A stretch of DNA of 64,000 nt from Octopus sinensis. Lineage: Eukaryota. The stretch spans positions 24,056,001 through 24,120,000 of the forward strand of contig NC_043005.1 of the NCBI RefSeq assembly GCF_006345805.1, in the 5' to 3' direction. Below, one piece after another: positions 54,620 through 64,000 of the stretch; position 1 is the first letter of the stretch, and each line of letters starts with the position of its first letter. A model generated the notes under the pieces. The model saw only the letters and a list, made by a program, of their open reading frames with translations. It ran no database searches and was not told the origin of the DNA. The translations under genes were made by a program, and so were the position numbers.

Positions 54620-55129
54620 AATCAATCGAATTGCCCTTTCCTGAATGCCATCTAATCTGCTATGTGCACTACAGCATTGTGCAACGAAGACTGACATAAT
54701 TAAGCTGCTCTGTCTTATAATTCTCACTTAAAATGATTTTATAAGGGTTTTTAAATTGGTGTGATGCTGTCAATTTTTACACATATACACCACAAAATCA
54801 CACATGCACATATACAGAGAGGGATATTTAATCGAAAACTGTGAGTACAACAAAATATATTTTCCACCGGTGTCACGGTTTGAGACTAAATATCTTGACA
54901 ATAATGTCCCTTTGAAGATCTTTCCATCGTCATATATATATATTTAAAAAACCCAGAAAGCTTACATTCTTTACCTCGCTGCCGCCCCTGCCAAAAGAAC
55001 AGAGCAAGCTAATTCGCATTCTCCAAATATAAACTCCAATATAAACTGAACATTTGTACAATATAGCAGGGATTCTCTTGTAAAAATTCCTGGGCTGTAT
55101 AATCGCATATATAATACATATAGAAAACA

Positions 55130-56270
55130 CACTCATGAGGGTAATATATCCACTCCTCCTACCATGTGATCCTGGATCCCAAATCTGCTGCTACCCATCG
55201 AAATATACGCCAGCGCGCACCACCATACCCCAAGCTGTACTCGGCTAACTCCTTAAAACGGAAAAAGCGGACCAGAACATGCAACATTGCCTGGTTCCAA
55301 TCCACTTTTTGTTCTTAATGTTCAGACCACAAGATCCAAGCTCTTTGCCCTATTTGAAAAACATTTCCTTGGGTTCAGTTCTCTTAGAAAAATTCTTCAA
55401 CTCCCAATCGATTTAATTTTGCTACTCTACCACAACTAATATTGCTGGTATTATCCGACATCTGGACAAGTAGAATCTTGGGAACCAGAAATTATTTAAC
55501 TTTAATCACAGTAACACAACCCGACCTAACCTCCAGCTGACTGCCCATAACCCTAGGACATCCTTAAACCTCCCTACCAATACCGACCCTCATATCACCA
55601 ACTCTAATTCTATTACTCTTCTCAATACCCTTAACCAACCTCCTCCCTGTTATACCCGCCACTGAAATAAGCAATGATAGGAATTAGTCGCGAGAACTAT
55701 AAGCTACATACCAAAGATCAATCAATCCTAACACCATGGCGGATTTCGAATAGGGTGCTAAGTTAACCGTAGCTAATAATAACCCCTTAAATTCCAATTT
55801 AGTACCTTCTAGAATCCTATGCAAATGTAGTCGTCCACCTCCCGTTCTTTAGAGGATAGATTGCCTCACATAAAATATTGTATGTAAATCAACAATTATG
55901 TATAAATCGGGTCAGAGTTGGTAACCACTTTCTAGCTTCAAGTCCCAAGCAAGAGCTTACAGCACTTCTTTTTCTCGGCCAATTCATAACCTAAAACAAA
56001 ACTCAATTCTATATAATTTAAAATGGCCCATAATTACCAATGCCAAACCGTACAACGGTTATAACAACAAATGCGACCTATGCATCGCGGAAGTCCTTAC
56101 TGTTATACTATCCAACAATTTCTGTTATGCAATCCAACTGTTAACACAGATTATGTAACACATTCTCAAGGGACAAATACTAGTTCCCCCCTTTATTATT
56201 CCCTAACTATTCCTCCGCCCCCATTTGCAGCTCTTCTATGTATTGATAACAGGCAACGTTTTTTTTAACT
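55130..56270 (+). mobile_element. Second Naiad-like Penelope remnant (linker + GIY-YIG C-terminus), highly decayed
   Basis: KRTRT.NIAWF, CKCSRP…CLT*NIV, LKWPIITNAKPYNGYNNKCDLCIAE. Confidence 0.6.
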
Positions 56271-57350
56271 ATCTTTATATCTTTAACCTCCTCTTACTGC
56301 TTCCTTTCTGCACATGAGAATATGCAGGCGTGTACATGCGCATGAACGCCAATAGGATACTACAGATGCACAGAGAAAAATGCGCGCGCGCGAATATGCA
56401 TATGTATACTTTTACTTAGAACTACTTACTATGTTCCCCTCTTCACCAGACACTTCCACACCCCCTCTTTCTTCCTCTCTTCCAAGAAATTCTCCCTAAA
56501 AACACTACGAAATTTTTCTTTCTTCTGAAATGTTTACTTCTAAAACCTTTCCCTTTTACTTTATTTGATTCTGTTTAAAAGCATATACATGGGTGCGACC
56601 ATATATTTATTTATCTAAGGCGATGAGCTGTCAGAAACATTAGTATGCCGGGCGAAATTCTTAGCCGTATTTCGTCTGTCTTTACGTTCTGAGTTCGAAT
56701 TCCGCCAAGGTCGACTTTACCTTCCATTCTTTCGGGGTCGATAAATTAATTACCAGTTGCATACTGGGGTCAATCTAATAGACTGACCCCCTCCCCTAAA
56801 ATTTCGGGCTTTGTGCCTAGAGTAGAAAAGAATATATATATATATATATTTATTTATTTATCGAAAGGCGGCGAACTGGCAGAATCGTTAGCACGTCGAG
56901 CGAAATGCGTAGTGGTATTTCGTCTGCTGTTACGTTCTGAGTTCAAATTCCGGCGAGGTCGACTTTGCCTTTCCTTCTTTCGGGGTCGATTAAATAAGTA
57001 GCAGTTTTACGCACTGGGATCGATGTAATCAGCTTAATCCCTTTGTTTGTCTTTGTTTGTCCCCTCTATGTTTAGGCCCCTGTGGACAATAAAGAAATAA
57101 ATTTATTTATTTACAGTTGACATTTATATATCCACAAAGACCTTCCCTTAGTCAGTTTCAATGTAGCCAAAATTCCCCCTCTTTCTCTTCTTATTCTTAT
57201 CCTGTGGCTGTGTGGTAAGTAACTTGCTTACTAACTACATGATTCCGGGTTCAGTCCCGCACTTTGGGCAAGTGACTACTACTATAGCCTCGGGCCAACA
57301 AATCCTTGTGAGTGGATCTGGTAGACAGAAACTGAAAGACGCCCGTCGTA

Positions 57351-57397
<47 letters not shown>

Positions 57398-57762
57398 TTG
57401 TGTGAGTGTATATGTTTTTGTGTCAGTTTGTCTGCATACCATCGCTTGACAACCGATGTTGGTGTGTTTACGTCTCCAGCATGACCGTAGTTAAATGACT
57501 GAAACAAAAACAAAAATATGTTATTCTATTTAGTTCTCTTACTCTGTGTTGCAGCACTCATTTTTGATCAAATCTCCTACGAGTTAGCTTCGGATCCCTT
57601 GACGACAATGTGACCTTAATTTAACTAAGATATATTTGTCTTGATGAGTAGGTAGGGGAGTACCCCTCGCTGAGCAAGATTTACTTCCGGGGAAATATAT
57701 GGAAATATATCTGGCCCAGATTTTATCTGCACCCTTCTCTCAATTTGGATTTTTATTCGTAT

Positions 57763-57876
<114 letters not shown>

Positions 57877-58002
57877 ATGTATATATATATATATATAGAA
57901 TAAATCCTAGGGTAGATTTCTTCCACTAAAGGGGCGCTCCAGCATGGCCGCAGTCAAATGATTTAAACAAGTAAAAAAGAATGTATATATATATGTATAT
58001 AT

Positions 58003-58043
<41 letters not shown>

Positions 58044-58642
58044 CCTGCTCGCTTAGCCAGCGGGGTGGCATCATTCGAAGGCTAAAATAATGCGAACGCA
58101 TTATGACCAGCGATGTGTAACTACATCTGATGGACTGGTCGGTCACGTGATCACGTGATATATATATATATATATATATAAAGGGGTTTGTATGATTGTG
58201 TATAGATGGATATATATTATTCAAAGAAATTCCAACTCTGTTTTTTATGTTTCATTTATATTCTTTATAATATTACTGTAGAATATAGAATATATAGTAT
58301 AAATAGTATATATAGAAAAATGATTGTCTTATTGAACAAATGAAATATTGACTATAAAATATTAAGGGACTAGTTTACTTTCTTGCATTAAAGCAGTCTT
58401 CAAGGACCTTGAAGCTCTAACTCTCCACAAATTTTATATTTCAAAACTTTCTGGATGCTGCTGTCTTATGTAGTTTTCCTATCTTGTCATTAAAAGCATG
58501 AAATAGGGAGTAATTAATTGTCAACAACTGAGGATGGGTGGGACTTCTTTTGGTACTTTGGTACTTTGTCCCGTACTTGTCTCTCTCTATATGTTTACAC
58601 ATTTTTCACTCGTTGGTGATGTCCTATACTTGTTGTATTATA

Positions 58643-58676
<34 letters not shown>

Positions 58677-59132
58677 CTTTTTTTACTCTTTTACTTGTTT
58701 CAGTCATTTGACTGTGCCATGCTGGAGCAGCGCCTTTAATCGAGCACGACGACCCGGGACTTATTCTTTCGTAAGCCCAGTACTTAATCTATCGGTCTCT
58801 TTTGCCGACCGCTAAGTAACGGGGACATAAACACACCAGCATCGGTTGTCAAGTAATGGTAGGGGGAAAACACAGACACACAAACACACACACGCATATA
58901 TATATTATATATATATATATGACGGGCTTCTTTCAGTTTCCGTCTGCCAAATCCACTCACAAGGCTTTGGTGGGCCCGAGGCTATAGTAGAAGATACTTG
59001 CCCAAGGTGCCACGCAGTGGGACTGAACCTGGAACCATGTGGTTGGTAAACAAGCTACTTACCACACAGCCACTCCTGCGCCTATATTATATATATAATA
59101 CATTATATATATAATATATATATATATATATA

Positions 59133-59187
<55 letters not shown>

Positions 59188-59204
59188 CATATACAATATA
59201 TATA

Positions 59205-60060
59205 CAGACGCCAAACTACCTACTTTTTGATTCATGCCACCCAAGACACACTAAAACAAACATCCCTTTCAACCTTGCAAGAAGGATATGCACAATAGTG
59301 TCAGAACAAAATACCAGGAACTTTAGACTACAAGAACTCAAAAACACCCTAATTGACAGACACTACCCAGCTCAACTCATAGAGGATAGGATCAGACGTG
59401 CAACAGAAATCGACATAGAAACTTTAAGAAAAGTTCAACACACCTTCCCCGAAAATACTGCCTTACATATCCACATACAACGCCAGAAACAAAGAAGCCT
59501 TCACTATCATCACCCAGAATTTACCAATACTTCATAAGGACCCGAAATTAAAGGAAATTCTAAACATACATAAAATCAAATCATTAAAAGCTACAAACAA
59601 CCTAAATCACTTAAAAAGATTCTCACAAAGGCAAAATTGCTTTCTGAATTACGGATGCAAAAGTAAAAAAGTGGTAGACCAAACTGTGCAACATGCCCAA
59701 CCTTCTAGAAGGATCAGAATTCCTCTCAAAGAGGGACAAAAATTCAAGATCAATCTAATTTTACTTTTGCCTCTGAAAACTAATTTATGTCATAAGATGC
59801 TCGGGCTGCCACCAAAACTACGTGGGGTCCACGAGACTATCACTCAGACGTAGATGCACACTGCATCGACAACAGATTGCATTCCCAGAATACAGAATGA
59901 TACCCTTTAGTGAGCATATTGAGAAATGCGCAAAGCAACTACTACCGGAATTTTTAATCTTTCCATTTTACTAATGTGCTATTGGAACACCAACACAAAT
60001 TAGACTAAACAAGGAAACATTCTTCATTGAAAAATATAAGCCCAAACTTAACCACTCTAA
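59205..60060 (+). mobile_element. Penelope-like element 3' fragment
   Basis: NIPFNLARRICTIVSEQNTRNFRLQELKNTLIDRHYP; LIYVIRCSGCHQNYVGST; same type as 10445-12110. Confidence 0.8.
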
Positions 60061-60358
60061 CATTCTTATACAGAGAAACTCACCCCATTAAAAAAAGGCA
60101 AGAATATAAAGCGATTATCCCTACACACCGGAAGAAATCACTTATTACCTCCCCTTACCTGGAACTCCTCTTTACACTTCATAACGAAATCATAACAATT
60201 TTTGAGAAATTTGAAAAGTTAAACACGAAACCGGTAATTTCTTCAAAAACTATGTCACTGTATAACATTCTTCTGACATAATGACTCAAATATATATTTT
60301 TTAACCTTTTAAAACAAGCCTTCTGTAGTTTTTTCACTTTTTTCTATTTTATATATAT

Positions 60359-60393
<35 letters not shown>

Positions 60394-60411
60394 TATATAT
60401 CTATATATATA

Positions 60412-60501
<90 letters not shown>

Positions 60502-61235
60502 TATATTTATACTTATATATACCCAAGCACGTATTAAGATTTATCATGTATATATTTGTAAGTGTAAGAATATGTATGTGCCTGATTGTGGATGTAGGCA
60601 TTGTTATCTGAAATAGAGCGCATACATTTCATAATGAAATTATTTGATTATAACTCCCGAAGTGGTTGTTATAAGCAAAACAATTTACATTGAAAAAAAT
60701 ACAATATTCTATATTGTAAAAAAGAATATGTTTTGAATAACTAGAAACTTCGGTAAATATCAAACAGCTACTTATTTTGGTCGCAATATTTATTTCTATA
60801 GAGAATTTATTTTATCTCCTCAGAGACTCCAGATTTCTAAATACTGCAAAGAAACCTTTTTCTATGTTGCATTATTAGTTCGTATATTAAATATTTCCCT
60901 CTGATAGAAATACTGGGTATGTCAAATGCTCTCAGACAGTGGTTTACGGTTTCTGCTTTCATGCATTAACATATTTTTCTAAAATTATGAGGTTATAATA
61001 CTGGTATATATTCATAACAAATTTTGGAAATATATCATTATTATTGTTATTACTATTACTAGTTTTATTACTGTTCATGTTATTGTTATAATCATCATCA
61101 CCAGTCACCATAATTTATATATGTATGTATGTATGTTTGTATGTATATATATATGTATGTGTGTTCGTGTATGTGTGTCTATTTATGTCTATATATATGT
61201 CTATCTATGTATCTCTCGCTCTTTCTCTATCTTTC

Positions 61236-61271
<36 letters not shown>

Positions 61272-61979
61272 TATGTATGTATGAATATATAAATATATGT
61301 TTGCATGTATTTAGCTATCTATCTGTACACAGACACACACACACACACACATATATATATACATATATATATGCATACAGTCAATTCAAAAAGACTGCAA
61401 AAAAGGAAAAAACAAACAAACGTGATGACACTCGGAGAAAGAAGAGAGTTGTAGTTTTACGTCTCGAACATAAACCTCTGTCGGAAACAGGAAAAATAGA
61501 GGAGTCCAAAGGAAAAGAAGAAAGGAAAATCGCCAACAGTACGCGTGTGGTACACAGACACGCACACACAGACACGCACACACAGACACGCACACGCAGA
61601 CACACACACAGACGCACACACATAGATACACACACAGACATAGACACGTACAAACACACACATGTCAGTACGTGTGTGTGTGTGTGTGTGTATACGTATA
61701 TATGAATTTAGATGTATATAGTTTGTATATGTGCGAATGTATGTCTCCGTCTGGTCTGATTTTGTCAGTGTGATTCTGCATTTAATAGGATGCTCTGAGC
61801 ATGTGCTTCTACGTAGGTGTATGTAGGTTTTTGTTTTATTATAACTCTTGGACTACAATGTATTTTGACGACCGGGTACAAAATAATATGACTAAAACCC
61901 TATTTGAAGCTTGCTTCTGTTTAATACACTTTCTTGATTTAATCTGTTTATGTCCTGCTGTTTGTTCCTCGTTTAAGTC

Positions 61980-62039
<60 letters not shown>

Positions 62040-62142
62040 TGATGTATGTATGTATGTATGTATGTATGTATGTATGTATGTATGTATATATGTATGTATG
62101 CATGTGTGTGTGTGTTTATGTATGCATGTATGTACATATATA

Positions 62143-62503
62143 TAAACAAATAACAACAGATGGTTATTGTTAATTCTCTACAGCTGTTTGAAACAAGTTT
62201 TTTTATTAACGAATAGAGTTATTGCATCATATGACAAAAAAAAACGTTTTCATAAGGTGAGCATACATGAATTAAACATTAGAAAAATCACATTCCAAGA
62301 ATCGACATTCTGTGGCACTTCATGGATAGCTTCATCGAAGATTCTTTGGCTGAACGTAGCCAAGGAATCATGAGGTCGTATGTAATATTCATCTAATGAA
62401 AAAAGGTTTTTTCGCATGATGTAATAATCCTATTCATCAATAAAAAACTGGTTTAAGACAGCTGTATTGAAAGAATCAATATCTATCTGTTGTTATGTGT
62501 TTA
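62143..62503. repeat. Imperfect ~120-bp inverted repeats (MITE-like)
   Basis: ATAACAACAGAT…TACAGCTGT…ATTGCATCAT mirrored by ATGATGTAAT…ACAGCTGTA…ATCTGTTGTTAT. Confidence 0.55.
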
Positions 62504-63267
62504 TTATTCAACTTTCTCGGAACCTGCAATTAACGTAGATTGAGTGCAGTTTATGGGTGCAGTCTGTGCTCCTAGATACAGCCTTGAGCCTCGTGGCATA
62601 TTCAGTCGGGTGCTTGTTATCGTATATGCAACTGGAATATTAACCTGTCTGTTCTTCGATATATACGTATATGCTCCTCTAATTTTGCTTTGTTCACGAT
62701 TACTATTTATTTGACCTGAACGTGATGCTTTACTATTCAGACACCAGATTTACTCGAATCCTGAACTTTTGTACATACAAACACACACACACAAACAAAC
62801 ACACGAACACACACACACGCACACACACACACGCGCGCACGCACATACACTACACACACATATATATATACATACAGTCAATTCAAAAAAATATAGCAAA
62901 AAAGGAAAAAAACAAACGTGAAGACGCTCGGAGAAAGAAGAGAGTTGTAGTTTTACGTCACACACACAGAGTCGCGCACACATACACACACACACACACA
63001 CATATTTATATATATTTGTGCGTGCGTGTGTGCATGTATATATATTTTTGTTTATATATAATTTTATATACTTATTAAGCTATTTTGTAAATATTTACTA
63101 CAGTTACTTTACTTCTATTTATCCTTGATTTTTCTAACATTTAGGATGGCCAACTCTCTCATCATCTATCTAGCACATTCATTGATATGAAACAAACCGT
63201 CTTTGTTTTTGCTGATCAAAATAAATCTAATTGCGGAACTTTATACATTGTCTGTATAAATATTTTG

Positions 63268-63715
63268 GCGTAGGAGGGGCTGTGTGATAAGTAGCTTGCT
63301 TACGAACCACATGGTTCCGGGTTCGGTCCCACTGCATGGCATCTTGGGCAAGTGACTCCTACGATAGCCTCGGACCGACCAAAGCCTTGTTAGTGGATTT
63401 GGTAGATGGAAACTGAAAGAAGCCCGTCACATATATATATATATGTGTGTGTGTGTGTTTGTGTGTATGTGTGTGTATGTTTGTGTGTATATGTATTTGT
63501 ATATATGTATGTGTATATATGTGTATATATGTATGTGTGTGTATGTCTGTGTTTGTCCCCACAACATCGCTTGACATCCGATGCTGGTGTGTTTACGTCC
63601 CCGTAACTTAGTGGTTCGGCAAAAGAGACCGATAGAAAAGTACAAGGTTACAAAGAATAAGCCCTGGGGTCGATTTACTCGACTGGAGGCGGTGCTCCGG
63701 CGTGGCTACAGTCAC
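63268..63715 (+). mobile_element. Second tRNA-derived SINE family with internal microsatellite (other copies 57203-57510 +, 58690-59085 -, partial 44230-44425)
   Basis: GGCGTAGGAGGGGCTGTGTGATAAG…GGTTCCGGGTTCGGTCCC…CTTGGGCAAGTG…GAAACTGAAAGAAGCCCGTC. Confidence 0.85.
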
Positions 63716-63950
63716 ATAAATATTTTGTTACTTGGAGTTGAATCATTGGTGTACCCGTGATGTTCTGATGACCTGGCGTGTACTTTAAATGCAGAGCAAG
63801 CATATTAATGCAAATGTGAAAGCAAAATATATTTTAGACTGGAAATATTGTTGCACGAAGAATGCTGTGAAACGGCCATAATTTAAGGATGTAAGGATGT
63901 AAAGTTGTTAAATAAACATATTCATGTTTAATGCTTTCAGAGATTTATGG

Positions 63951-64000
<50 letters not shown>

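Overview
AT-rich, microsatellite-dense, transposon-saturated eukaryotic DNA. The SINE families and the (TA)n/(CA)n/(AAT)n load suggest an octopus or other cephalopod (inference). I found no convincing host protein-coding gene. Most of the window is decayed TEs: tRNA-derived SINEs, R4/Dong-type LINEs nested in (AAT)n arrays, CR1-like LINEs, Penelope-like elements with hammerhead-ribozyme motifs, Tc1/mariner elements and Helitrons. The main result comes from manually translating the unique minus-strand sequence left between the TEs. It reads as a collinear, heavily degraded negative-strand RNA virus genome of Jingchuvirales (chuvirus-like) character: nucleoprotein (~49.8-48.45 kb), glycoprotein (~48.3-47.3 kb) and L polymerase pieces (~29 kb?, ~21.3 kb, ~10.4-7.3 kb). 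It appears to be an endogenous viral element in N-G-L order, stretched over ~42 kb by later TE insertions. All family assignments rest on motifs recalled from memory; no database search was run and most boundaries are approximate.
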